DNA from: Ramazzottius varieornatus | Taxonomy: Eukaryota > Animalia > Tardigrada | Length of the DNA: 64,000 nucleotides | Direction: 5' to 3' | NCBI GenBank assembly: GCA_001949185.1 | Contig: BDGG01000016.1 | Location: 372,001-436,000, forward strand | Part shown: positions 13,109 through 25,787 of the stretch, piece after piece | Layout of the letters: every line of letters begins with the position of its first letter | How positions within the stretch are numbered: position 1 is the first letter of the stretch | Translations under genes and position numbers: made by a program | The notes under the pieces: model-generated | What the model was told of the DNA's origin: nothing | Databases searched by the model: none | The model's input: only the letters and a program-made list of their open reading frames with translations

Positions 13109-13235
13109 GTTGGGGGAACGAACTGAACCAGATCGGCCTTTCCAAGTGACGCACGCTGCCAGCCAATCACAACGAAGACTTGCGCCACTTGAGAGAATGA
13201 TTTGGCCCAGTTCATTTGCCCAGCTCAAAAATATT
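13109..13235. mobile_element. Family A copy
   Basis: CAAGTGACGCAC-N25(CAGCCAATCACAACGAA)-TTGCGCCACTTG. Confidence 0.88.
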
Positions 13236-13389
13236 GCTGTAAACAGAAAGACCTTGATGAAATATCAAAAAAATTTTGCTCTTTTTTTACAGAATGATTT
13301 CATGTACTTAACTTATCCCAAATTTTACTTCTTTTCTCCGTGATGCTGAATTATATTAAAGCGGATGTTTTTCGATTAAAAATTCTGCA

Positions 13390-14635
13390 ATGCGTATTTC
13401 TCATTTTTATCGATATGCTCCGCAGGTCGAGCGTTGTCAAATTGTCCGGTCAAACTGGCAAAGCTCAACAAAGTTGCTCATCCAACCTACACGTCTTTTT
13501 TTAGCTTTACACTTTTTCTATTCACGCTTTCTTTTTCCGTCCAATAATGGGCAAATTGTTTCTTGAAGTTTTATCGACAGCGCTAACGAAAATTTTCAAG
13601 TGGTCATGCGCGTTTTTTGAGTTGGCCTTTTTTGTTCTTCAAAGAAAGATGAAGAAAAAGCGCGTCGAAAGTTCAGACAAAAGCCGATATGGATAGCAAA
13701 GAATGAAGGTAGGAAAAAGCTCCATATGTGCGGCCTGGCTGACTTGCCTGCATTGATAATTTTTTCACGATAACGCAGCAAGTGCGTTTCGGTATTTTCT
13801 TTCACACATTCCAGCTTTATCAGCCATCACCTCAACCGAGACAAACCCTGCTGAAATATTTCCTAGCTGGGCAAAAAACGTCTACGTCGTTTCTCCCCAC
13901 CGAAATCCTGATAAATTTTGAGGACGGAAGGTATGACGACGATGTAGTCGACCGTAAGAATATTAATTATGGGACTAGGGCAGATGAGGTCGACCAGATC
14001 CTTACCCCAAGTGGCGCACGTGTCTATTGTGACTGGCTGAAGGTGTACGTCACTTGGGAAAATGAACTGATCATTCGCCCACGTGCTAGTTCTCCACATA
14101 GAGTTTTGCGCGAGTTTGTACGAGTACGTACACTGAGACACCCCGCAACAGGTAGAACACGAAAAATGAAATTGGGCCTATTTACATATAAATTAGCAAG
14201 TGAATTGTTGTTTGTTCGGTGGAACCGACCATACCAACGTTGGCAAATTTGTGGTTTTCCAACTTGGTTCAAGGATAACTGCTGTTTACTGCCTTTATGC
14301 ATTTACAAGTGACTACCGTGTTGACTTGTGTCTATGAGAAGGCGTGGTGCCTTGAGAAACCTAGCGATTGTTTACAGTCTCCGCCATCTCTGCATATTTT
14401 CCGTTTCATAATTTCTTTCCAGCGGTTCTCACCAAAGACGCTCACTGTTCATAGATATAAATACCGAGACGAGGTTGTTGGTCTCTGGTGGTTCCTTCTC
14501 CATCGGTTCTTTGACGAGGAACCATGTCAAGAAGACGTTGGATACTTGACGTCTGTCGATCTTGGCGATGAATTTCTAATTTTTGACAGCGTTTATCTTT
14601 CGTTCGAACCCTCTTCACTGAGCCGTCAGATATGA
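13390..14635 (+). CDS. Possible lineage-specific or degenerate gene (weak F-box-like fragment VERCQIVRSNWQ)
   Basis: Exon-like segments ~13815-13953 and ~14423-14635 have splice signals and coding-like ORFs. A full structure could not be assembled. Confidence 0.3.
13967..14088. mobile_element. Family A copy
   Basis: CAAGTGGCGCAC-N25-GTACGTCACTTG. Confidence 0.85.
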
Positions 14636-14911
14636 GAAGCCATACCACAGATGCAGAGCACCAGGCCAAGACCTGCACTTGCACCAGCACATTTACTCAA
14701 TTCCGTAAAAGCTATTTTCTGCCAACCCATCTTTGAAAGTTCCTCTAGCTAGTAAATCACTGCCCGTGTTACGCAACAGGCGACGAAACAAATTTCCCGA
14801 CCATCCCGCCCAAATGCAGAAATCCCTACAGTCCGACAGCTGAACCACCGAATAGAAGCAAATTGTATCTGGAAAAGTCGTATCAGGCAGCAATCACCAT
14901 ATGGGACCACC

Positions 14912-15020
14912 CAGACCGGGCAACTGACTTAAACCAGATCGCCATCCCAAGTGGCGCACATGCTCGATGTATCAGACCGAAAGTGTGCGCCACTTGCAAA
15001 AATGATCTGCCCACGTCCCT
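14912..15020. mobile_element. Family A copy (upstream of castor)
   Basis: CAAGTGGCGCAC-N25-GTGCGCCACTTG. Confidence 0.88.
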
Positions 15021-15164
15021 CATGTCGTGAAATTTCGAAGGTCCCAAGATTTTTGTGTACTATGGCATCCTGATTTCATCCTGTATGAAAGGATTAGACT
15101 TCAGGGTTGTCGGTTTTCAAAACCCGGAGTGCAAGGGATGAGACGCACTCGTCAGTAGGAGGCA

Positions 15165-15290
15165 GTCTACGTATAAAGTACGCGATGACGTCACTGCAGC
15201 CCAGCAAATGTTGGGGGGTGTAAATAGCGCCAGTTCCACAGTAGCGTCTACTGTGTTACCAGTGTTTTTTTTCCACGAGGCCAATAGAAA
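15165..15290 (+). promoter_or_regulatory. Candidate castor promoter (TATAAA ~15172, CRE TGACGTCA 15186, CAGTT ~15231, CCAAT ~15281)
   Basis: Motif cluster 300-400 bp upstream of the castor ATG. Confidence 0.3.
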
Positions 15291-15593
15291 AAAGTGGTGA
15301 GAGAGCGGCTTGTTTGTCTTTGGCTTGGTTTCTGTGATTTCTCATTTCTTTGGGGTGGAAGCGCACTGTATGCGTGTGTGCTCAACTGGTATGTCTAATG
15401 CATTCATGCACTTCTCGGCGTGTACGCGCAGCTATTTCCAGCTTACTTCATTCTTCACTCTGTATACTGGCACTGTAAACTCGGCAGGAACCCAATGTTT
15501 CAGACGACATTCACTACTGCATGTTGGCCTTGCAGCCTATCTTCGGAGACATCACGAGGTCTTCGCACTATCTAGCGCGCCACTTTCCTGGAA

Positions 15594-18500
15594 ATGTCCA
15601 AATTAGGAGCCATCTGCGACAAGCTGCGGCTTGGTGGCGCACCTTCTTCCCCTCCTCATCATACGTCCTCCCCTAAACGGGAACCGTCTCCGCCGCCTGT
15701 TTACACACCTTCGACTAACAAGCGGAAGAACTTTCGGCCGGTCAGCCTCAATGACAGAAATTCCACCAACCTTCAGCCCGTCGAAAGTACGCTCCAACAA
15801 CCGTCGACCTTCGTCTCGGAATTAGCGTCTGTAACTACGAAAACAACTTCGGTTATTGTGAGAGCCCCAACGAAAGAAGACAGAAGCAAGACTGACGAGC
15901 GGTTTGAGCCGGATCGAGAAGAATCAACAAGTGAGCCCACTTCCCCGCCAGAGTCCGCCGAAGAGCCTTCCCGTTATGTCTTTCGTGGTCCGCCAAGCTT
16001 TGACCAGCGTCAAGCACAGCTTCGACAAGACCTGTACAATGCTTCGATCTCATCCAACAGTTCATCTTTCTATCAGACGCAAGTCTTTCCCTTTATGGAT
16101 TACCGAAACTTTCCCAGCAATGATCACGACCGGAAACACAAACGTAAGTGACCTTTACCTCATATCGTCATCATCACAAATCTCAAATTTTCTGTAAGAT
16201 ATGCGGGAACTTAATTACGGGCTCGATATGCTAACCTGTCATCGATTGTTTAGGGAGGAATACGTATGAAAGGAATGGTGGTGAGGAAGACACCGACGGC
16301 AGTGTGAACTACAACGATAGCGACGGTAAGTCTTTATATGTTGAATTTTAATGATGATCAGCGTTGTAAACGTTCTGTTCGAATGAATACCAACGCGATA
16401 TTTTTTATGGTCTGTCTACGCGTAACCATTGAGGACAGTTTTTCCGAAATTGGATAAGGCACCATAAGTAGAATATTAAAGAAATTAGCGAGCTCGAGGT
16501 TTTTTATGGGGTCGAACTTTCTGGCTTGATCACGATCAGATCTAGAGGAGGTCAAAGCCGGATTTACGTGTGTAATTCGAGGTGCAGAAAAAGCTGAACT
16601 GAGAGAATGTGCGTCGATTTTTTCGACAGTAATGGGGGAAAAAAGAGCCTACTCAGGCTCGTAAATTCTCATGGATGGGTGATTACGAAAACACGGCGGG
16701 GTTTTTTGTGCTGAGTGTGGCGTATTACACGTATCCTGCAATGGCGCTTTTTCTCTGTTATTTCTGGGTTCTGTTCTGCTCTTAACACAGTTCTTTCAGA
16801 CGGAAAACTCACAAATGGCGGATTACGAGACGTCGACGTTGCTGGCGACCCGGGCCTGCTACAAGAACCAGAAGTGCCACATGATGGGAAAACGGCTGTC
16901 AATCGGCGCTCAAGGAAGAACAACACACTCCATTTAGGTTTGTTGACTCTTCAACATACAGTCAAGCTAGTGATCACTGTACCACCATCAGATTTGAAAC
17001 AAGAATAGTAAACCAGATTGAGTACCGAACCCAATGACGCCGTCATACTTATTCTCCTACCATCACCAAAACCTTCTCGATCAAAAACTTTGATCACGAT
17101 GAAGTCCGAAAAAACACTTCTCTTTCTTCAACCGACGCATAAAAGAATATAGGATAAAAACGTAACCCAAAATCTCACGGGAGATATCGCTCACGTGACG
17201 TCGCCTCACTTCCGTTTCACCTATGCAATGAACGATATGGAACGTGGGCAAATGAGCTAAGCTCTCTCCCCAGTGGCGCAAGTTTTCATTGATACTGCTT
17301 GACAGTGTGCGCCACGTGGGAAACGATGTGGTTCAAATCATTGCCCACGTCACCATATTACTTTCGCTATTGGGTCGAAAACAGTTTGAAAACAAAGACG
17401 ATTGAAAACGGTTTTATGTCGATATTTGTGTTTCAGGTGGGACGAAAGGAAGCGGGAAGTTCAAGTGGTCGGGTGTTCGCAACAGTATTCGTTCATTGGA
17501 TATCTGGCAGTACGTGCGCCAGTAAGTTACTTTGCTTGAACTTATTCTGACATAATCTTGCGTAACCTCAACGTCTTTTCTGAATATTTTTTCCCACTAC
17601 TCAGAGCATATTTGGTGTTATTTTTAGAGGTAATGAAACATGCCAATCAGCGGAATGCCGAAATTTGGGCCTGAAAGAGCACTACCACTGCAAATCATGC
17701 CCTAACAAGGTGCGAATTCAGTCATATGTCAACATGGGCGTATTCTGTTAGTGCAGTTTTTGACAGCGGCGTATATTCAATTAGTAATTATCTCATGTAT
17801 CGGCTACAGGTGATATTCCGTAAAGAGGAAATGATACGACATGTCAAATGGCATAAAAAGCGAGATGAGACCATGCAGCTGGGATTTCTGCGCTTCAGCG
17901 GAAATGATGACTGCTCAAACCAATTTGGGGCTTGTCCTCATGCTGGTCGACAAACTCATTACCACTGCCTCATGGTAAAACCAAGAAACCAGCCACAAAT
18001 ATCCTATTCTGTATTCGGAAAATTTTGAAGATCCCAGTCTCGATGTTTCATTTTACAAATATCAAAGGGTCGGAAAACACACTCGAAAAGTTTGCTTTTT
18101 GCCAAGTGGTGCACGTTTGCGATATAGTTGGCCGAACGCGTGCGCCACTTGAAAAAACAACCTTGTCGAGTTTGTTTGCCCAAAATGGCGCACGTGATCA
18201 GTGTTGTTGGACGAAAGCTTGCGTCACTTAGAAAAACGGTTTACTCCGGTTCGTTTGGTCAGTTTCCAATCGTTTCTTTCTCGGAAAAGCTTGCTCGAAC
18301 TTCTTTTTGTTGCTTACAGAAACCATGTACGAAGGTCTACACCAGTACAAGCGACGTCCAGATGCACGCGGCTCTTCACCGGAAAGAGATAGCCATCAAG
18401 AAGGAAGGGTTCCAACGGTATCGAGCGGTGGACGACTGTGGCGACATACAGTGTACCTTTGCGCGGACCACGCATTTTCACTGTATCCGTTCGGACTGTA

Positions 18501-21500
18501 CCTTCACCTTTCGGAATAAAGCTGATATGGGTAAGCAGTGACTTCGAGTCAAAACGCAACGAATTTTGTGATGGAACATCACAGCGGTTGTCTTGCTAAA
18601 TTTATTCATCTTTGCAGAAAAACATAAAGCCTACCACGCCAAAAATGATGAATTGGCCAAAGACGGATTTCGCAAATTCATGAAATATGAGCACTGCCGC
18701 TTCGACACTTGCCCGTATTCGAAAAGTACGTGCAAAACCTGTCCTGCTTCGAACTTTCAATTAATATTTCAAAAATAATCCTCGGCTTTTTCTTTATTGC
18801 AGTTATGAACCATATTCACTGCTTGAAACCAGGTATGCGTCACATCTTCCATAAAGTACAGCCATCAACAGGGAAGCAGCACGTTATAAAATGCGGAATG
18901 TGTCAGGGATGAGCTTCGTGATTGCCCGTCCAAATATTCGTTACATGCGTTCCCAACTTCCTCCTGCCTGTTTTGATTGTCTGTCAACTACGGCAGCTGC
19001 CTCCATATTTGACAGCGGGACGCGGCAAAATTTGAAAATTAAAAATACGGCATTGTTATATGGTCGATGCAGTGTGACACGACAGGTGCTTTTGCAATAG
19101 CCGTGAAACTTCCTGCTCATAGAAATCAGGAAGACTCATCCCCATGAGCGAGTTCTTTCCCACACCGTCAACAGGATCGTATTTAGGAACTCGACAAACA
19201 AACTCGACGAGATTATTACAAGTGGCGCATTGTTCCAGTGTCACCAGCTGCAAGCGTGCGCTACTTGGAAAATAATCACGTCGAGCAAGTTCGCCGAGCT
19301 CCCATCCAAGCGAAAACCCGGCCACACAAGAAATTCTGAATCTATCTCAAATTTCGAGAGAAGACTGAGAATCAGTACGACAGCTGAACTCAAAAGCTTT
19401 ACTCGGTGTCTTAGGTTGTCGATATGTCTTCACTTCGTCGGCGCAACTGCAAGCTCACAAGCGAAAACATGACAAGAGTGATTTCTTCCAGTCTAACGCA
19501 TTCGACCGAGAGCTCAAGCCGCAACAGCAGCCCACCTACTCGTATGGTTCTTCGGACGAAGAAGAAGACTCACCGTCTCCTCGACCAAACCTGCTGCAAT
19601 CTTCTATGTCCTGTTCCTACTCGTCAGACGAGTTGGACAACGGTGGTTCCGACAGCGAGGAGCCCTACAACAGCGATGTCGGCCATTGTGTCTATGAGAA
19701 AGGTCCGATTGATCAAGTCATGTTTAATCCGCCGGTAATACGTGGCGCAGAGGCGGCTAATATGTTGCAAAGCCATCATTTTCACAATGGCCATTACCAG
19801 CATATCAATCGACCATCGGTATTGCCTCAGGACCGAGACCGGTAAGTATTAAAGTGAATATCTGGGAAATTTATGCAGTCACTCACCGTCGTTACAGAAC
19901 AGCCATGTTTTGCTAATATCGCTTTGCACCTTTCTTCAGGAAAAACATGTCACTTTTACACTCAGCACTTCAGCTTGACAATGGCCAAGCCACACCTTTC
20001 GCTGAAAGACCTTCGTCTTCGCCACATATGGCTACACCGAAGATCTATCCGCTTTTTCCTACTGAAGTCCTTTCCAGCACGCGATGTGACGCTAACAATC
20101 CCACGTGCAAGCCTTCCGGTACGGTTCAAAAGAGATTCAGCTCAATATCCAAAACATGCTGTTTGAGACGTCGCAAATGGATTGACGATGATCAGTCATC
20201 TCAAGTGGCGCACTTTTCTATTATTATGGGCTGACAGCGTGCGCCACTTAAGGAAACTATCATGTTCAAGTCATTTGCCGATATCCCTGCATTATGCCAA
20301 CGGGTATTTTTTGATGCTGTTCTCCCCGAGCAAAATAACGGTGCACGCTTTTCCAATGTCTAGATAGAATCGCTGCGATGCGGAAACCCTGATATTGAGT
20401 AGAGAATGATTGGGTGTTTTTCTTCTTAACAATGAGTATTTTTTATTCTGACTGCATTTCTCAGGGTCGTCCTTGAACTTGCTGATGCCATCTGCATCAA
20501 CCATGGCCACATCGTATCCGCCCTTCAAGAGAAAACGCGGTCGCCCGCCGAAAAATCCCGTCATCGACGTACACGTCTTTCCTTCGACACCGAACGCCAG
20601 CCACAACCAAGCCATGTTCAGCAGTTTCAAGCTGGGCAAAGGTGGCGTCCTCATGGATATCCGCCAAGAAAGTGCGAGCGCCCAGCAGCAACGAGTAAGC
20701 ACACAAAACTCAACATTAAAAACTCAAACCAAAAATCCCCAACATCTTTTTTATTACAGCAGACCTTCACCGTGTTTCCCAATGGACCATCCGAGAGGGT
20801 CCGCCAAGTTCTGCCAAAGTTATCGCAAGCAGTGGGCGGAGACCTTCCCGAAAGTAAGACCTCATTCTTGCCCAGCTGAACTGGCGCACCTTGCTCGAGT
20901 CATCCCTGGACGTTTAAGCTCTTGCTCTTTACAGAGTCGCCCACTTGCCAATACGGATCCTGCGTTTACGCAGGAAGGGATCACTACCACTGCACTCATC
21001 CACGGTGCCATTTCGCTTCGGAGCGAGACGACATCTTGGTTCTCCACATTCGCGAATTCCACGTAGGTTCTTGATCCCCTCTGAAATAGTTCCATCACTG
21101 TTGGAAACTTCAAGATTCAGTTTTCTTCCTGTTGTAGACAAACATCGACATCATGGAGGGCTACGAGTTCTTCGACCAGTCCGTGGACTGCGACCTAGCC
21201 GGATGTGCGTCCAACCGTCTGACCAGACATTTCCACTGCATGAGGCCTGGCTGCTTGTATTCTTTCGTACGGTACGTCACTCACAAAAAGTACAGAAAAT
21301 TATTCTACCATGTAGTTCCACCGACGTAGACCTTATAGAATTTTATTATCGCTTCACAGGTATGACACGATGGCGACCCATGAAGAAAAGCACAGATTAG
21401 CCGGAACGTCTTCGTCCTCAACTTTTCCCTCCGCAACGCCACCTGCCGAGGACCCTCCGCACCCTCCTCCACCATCACCTCCTCCTACTATGCTCGAAAG

Positions 21501-22903
21501 ATCTCCACTCCGTCCCGAACCGAGAATGGAAGTCGAACCAACCCAGCACCGACCAGTCACCATAGTCAAGCCGGAAGAGTTTCAAGAAGGTCGATTCTTC
21601 TGTCATCCCATGCTGTCCAAGATGCACTACTTCCCACAAAAACCCTGTGTCCATTTGAATAGCTGTCGACTCTCCGAGCGAGAGCACTTTCACTGTGATC
21701 GCTGCGACTTTGCCTACACATCCCCGCTACGCCTTCAGAACCACCTGCGTAAATGCGACGTCCAGCGACCGCAAGAACCCACTCCGTCGAGCTCCCCGCG
21801 CCCTCTGCTGCCCAAGTACCCACTGAACCTTCTAGCTTCCGCTGTTGGTTCGCCATCAGTCCGTTATCCTTCTGCTTACCAAAACAGCATAGCCAGTTCG
21901 GACAGCGAGCAATACGACACGAAAGACAGCAGCCAGGCAAATCAAAGCACGAGTAAAAAACTGAAATTTGTGACAGTTGGAGCTCCTGGTCAGCGGAACT
22001 CTGGCACTCAACGACAACCAATACCGGAAGGTAAACTAGTTCCTCATAAAAATAGATCATGGTACTTCGACATTACTGGTTTGATTTTTACGCTCGTGCA
22101 ATGCAACTCCTCTGTTAGGTTTTCAGCGCTTTTTGTGCACTGAAACTTGCGACTGGCCTGAATGCGTCCTCTCCGGAAAGCAAACTCACTGGCATTGCAC
22201 CGACCAAGACTGCCGGCAATTCTTCTCCGACAAAACACGTTTGGAAAGACATACGGAACGGCATCGTCGGTTAGCTGCCATCATCGGAAACGACTTCCGC
22301 CGATACTCTGCGAAAGTAAGTCAGAACACAAGCAGTCGAAAACAACCGGCGCACGACTACATAGCTCAGTCCTGCAATCGTGCGCGATTTGACCAGAGGA
22401 GAAAATCGCTTTATGGAATACTGTATGGTAATCCCTCTCATTAGGTATCATGCGGCGACCTGAACTGTACTCTGAAAAACTCGAGCCACGTTCACTGCTT
22501 GCAGTGCGATAGCTTTGTCTGTACGGAGACTGCGAAGATCGCCACACATCGGCGAAGCCATTTGAAGCAGGACGCGGTAGCCGCAGCCGGCTTCGACAAG
22601 TATTCCTTCCGGACGCCATGTCCCATCACTTCGTGCCTCTATCACAACCAAACACACTACCACTGCACCAGATGCAAAAGTGTCGTCAAGTTAGTTCTCT
22701 TGAATACCGTCCAGTTTCACAGAGATATATTTTCGTGTTCCACTATGATGGTTTTGTGTGGTTGCAGCACGATGTCTCAAATGCAAGCTCATCAATCGAA
22801 ACACGAGACTAGCTTTCCCTCGCCAAGATTCAATTTCTCCCAACTGAAGACCGAACTGGGAGACAGTGCCGACGATGGCGACATCGACATCGAATCAGTT
22901 TAG
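15594..22903 (+). CDS. cas: Castor / CASZ1 zinc-finger transcription factor (~10 castor-type fingers, AT-hook)
   Basis: Exons encode [101 protein letters not shown], collinear with the CASZ1 finger array. An AT-hook KRKRGRPPK and further C-terminal fingers follow. Stop at 22903. Confidence 0.93.
17235..17358. mobile_element. Family A copy (castor intron)
   Basis: ATATGGAACGTGGGCAAATGA..CAGTGGCGCAA-N25-GTGCGCCACG..TCATTGCCCACGTCACCATAT. Confidence 0.88.
18065..18270. mobile_element. Family A tandem dimer (castor intron)
   Basis: Two cores 79 bp apart, both with N25. Confidence 0.85.
19180..19305. mobile_element. Family A copy (castor intron)
   Basis: TATTTAGGAACTCGACAAAC..CAAGTGGCGCAT-N25-GTGCGCTACTTG..GCCGAGCTCCCA. 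Confidence 0.88.
20160..20287. mobile_element. Family A copy (castor intron)
   Basis: CAAGTGGCGCAC-N25-GTGCGCCACTT. Confidence 0.88.
22343..22392. mobile_element. Family A core remnant (castor intron)
   Basis: CCGGCGCAC-N25-GTGCGCGATTTG. Confidence 0.55.
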
Positions 22904-23458
22904 TCATCCCTGCAGTTTTCTTCTTTTAGATTCGTTCCGAACATAGCTTTGATCTGATACTCTCCAGGCTGTGATTGTGCAGGAGTGATAAACCAGCTCA
23001 ATATTCTGAACAGTGAAAGCTTTACACGTTTCAGTTTCCGTTAAGCTTCACATGGGTTTTACAGGTTTTGATTTTCACTGACTGACTTTCATAAATTTAT
23101 GCAGTTTCTCCTCACCTTGCATTATGCGAAGAGTTTCTTCCGCGTCAGAGTTCTTCCAGATCGTCTTGCTCTTTACGGCTTGACCTGTAAGTAAAGACAG
23201 CACAATGGAAATGGTGGCCACAAACCGCCCTTGCCGTACCGGCATAGCGCATCGCCCTCACAAGGGCGTTAAGGCAGATTCCCGTTCGAAATTTTTCCGA
23301 TCATCTATGAGCCTATTTTGAAGTCATTAAGTAGAGTATTCTTCCCGAGAAATAAATTATTACCTTCTTCGTCCTTATCCATTCCTCATCTTCGCTGGTT
23401 GATAAATAGGTAGCTTGAAGCTTGTGGATGGTTCTGGGACCGCGTTGGCGGAGATGCG

Positions 23459-25392
23459 ATGAGGGATGATCATTTTGACGAGTTGGTCTACAGCGATGTC
23501 AGCGAGTGGCTAAAAACTCATGACGAGCAGCGTGCCGTCCTGCTTTTTCCTCCCCTGCTGAACAGATACAGGTACCGTATCCATCTGCTCATTCAGGAGG
23601 CCTTCCCTACCTTGAAAACTGTCTCCCTCGGCCAAGAAGAGTCCAGACGCACCGTGGTTTATCCTGCAGAGATACTCATCTTCCAGCGGCCGCCTTTCAC
23701 CCCGCGCACTCCTCAGCCATCGACAATGGACAGACCGTCCAGCAGTGGGAAGAAGCCCCGTCCGTCGGCGCAACCCTACGTCCCACCTGCACTGAGAAAT
23801 CACGACAGTGAACCAAAGAAGCCACCATCAACTGCAAAGAGGAAAGAAAACTTACCTAACTCTGCGACAACGAAGCCGTCCGCACCAAACGACCCGTCGT
23901 CCGAATCTTGTCCCGAACCCGCAGCCGATACTATTTCACCTCCGATGGTAAGGTTTACCGCAAGAATCTCGTATAGTCTGTCAGGAAGAGCACTGAAGCG
24001 AGCGAGGAAATTTCAGAAGTAGTTTGATTAAGTGCTCGAAATTTGGGCTAATCAATAATCAACGGTTATTTAGTTCCGAGCGGGGTGAGGGCCGCGCGGG
24101 GGGACGGCAGTTGTCGGGTGGTCAACGGTCAGCCCTTTGGGGCGTTCCGGCTTGCGTGCGGTTTGGCTTTCAGACGCCGATATTTCGGGTTTTTTTGCAG
24201 TATTCTGGAAAAAGGCATGCAGCGCCATCGTCTTCAACCTCCACAACACCGACCTATGGATCCAATGGGGCAATTTCCGAAGAAGTCACGGAGGTGAAGA
24301 AACACTCCGAAGTTCCTGCTATATCCGAACCGTCGCACAGGTCGACGAGGTCTTCGAAGGACGTAGCAGCCGAGCTTGGTGGACTTACGCTGGAAGATCC
24401 GCGTTCTTCAGCTTCGTCGGGACTTAACACGGCCCACGTAACCGTGCAACACAACGGGACACAAAAACCACCGCGCGGAAATTCGGAAGCTCCTGCCAGA
24501 AGTGTAATGGTACTACGGCGCCCAGGCTCGATAGACTCCAACTCCTTCGCAAACCCACAGACACCTGCAGAGCACAAGGCTGTCAGTAACGAGCTATCTG
24601 ATACTATACTTCAGGAGCTGACAGCTGCCTTTGGTGAATCCACCACACTGTACGAGCCCGGAAAGTCCTACCGTCAATATGGCCCAACCGACTTTGACGA
24701 TGGCGAAGCTGGTGGCTACAGCCACGTCCTGGAAGCTTACGATTTCCCTTCAAGCTTTGTTACCGAAGAACTGACCAAAGATATTCAGCTGATAACTCAG
24801 GCACGTAAAACTCTCGTCACAAAAATGATCTCTTCGTGGAAGAGATCATTTGAGAAAACGATCTAGGCCTAGATCGTTTTCTCAATTGGCGCATGGTTTC
24901 ATTATCATTGGCCGGAAGCGTGCGCCACCTGGGAAAACCATATGTGGGAATTCATTTGCCAGCGTCCCAAATATTCTACGTATCATGTATTTGAGTTATG
25001 TTCATATTTTTTTGGCATAGGAGTTCTTCGATTTGAGATGGGTGGACGATACGCATGCGCTTGTGATATTCAGCAGCGACGGTGCAGCCAGGAGAGCCTA
25101 CAGGGCTTACTCGCCCGCAGCCAAAGTCAAGCTTCGTCTACTTCCCGAAGCTTCGGAGCAGGGTAAGAAGAAGGCTCGGGCTTGCGCCCAGTCCGACACA
25201 CTCAGTCCCTTTAAGCACCGTCCAGAAACCAGTGCCGCGGCGGCCAGACGGATGGTAGCCGGGGCGTTGGGTATCAAGATCGACGTCCCGAAAGAGAAGC
25301 GCGAACAAGAACGTCGACAGCTGACCGACGCCAAGCAGGAGAAGGTTTTAACAGCGAAACGGAAGGAGGACGTGTGGGAAGGACTAGTCTAA
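23459..25392 (+). CDS. R3HCC1L: R3H and coiled-coil domain protein (R3HCC1/R3HCC1L-like)
   Basis: N-terminal R3H domain (LLFPPLLNRYRYRIHLL..TVSLGQEESRRTVVY) and C-terminal RRM-like HVLEAYDFP..LRWVDDTHALVIFS..RPETSAAAARRMVAGALG. Exons 23459-23947, 24201-24800, 25021-25392. Confidence 0.88.
24850..24974. mobile_element. Family A copy with fold-back palindrome (R3HCC1L intron)
   Basis: CAATTGGCGCAT-N25-GTGCGCCACCTG..TTTGCCAGCGTCCCAAATAT. Confidence 0.88.
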
Positions 25393-25434
25393 CTTTGCAC
25401 TGTCTCTAGAAATTATTTATTTTTGAACTTTGCC

Positions 25435-25480
25435 TTCTGATGGTTCTGATGGTTTTGATGGTTCTTTTTTGGTTCTGATG
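25435..25480. repeat. Tandem 9-mer (TGGTTCTGA) ~5 copies in 3'UTR
   Basis: ttctgatggttctgatggttttgatggttcttttttggttctgatg. Confidence 0.7.
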
Positions 25481-25787
25481 TGAATATCTACTGTTTTTCT
25501 AGCATCTGAGAGATTTCATTATCCAAATTCCATCCGTTGTTTATAGCTTTGTACGAGTAGCGTACGAATCGTCCACAATTTACACAAGAATTTTACGAAA
25601 TACGAAAGCATTTTCACCTTAATGTCAGTTTTAAATAAGTGTACCGTACGTCATCACTAATTTTGGTAAAAAAGATACATGAAGAAATTCACACATGTGA
25701 CATATTGACATTGAAGACGTCCGGGTTAGAGGTACGCGTCTGCCAATCGGTTCCGTTGGCCACTGTGTCCTACGAAAAGCATATGAG

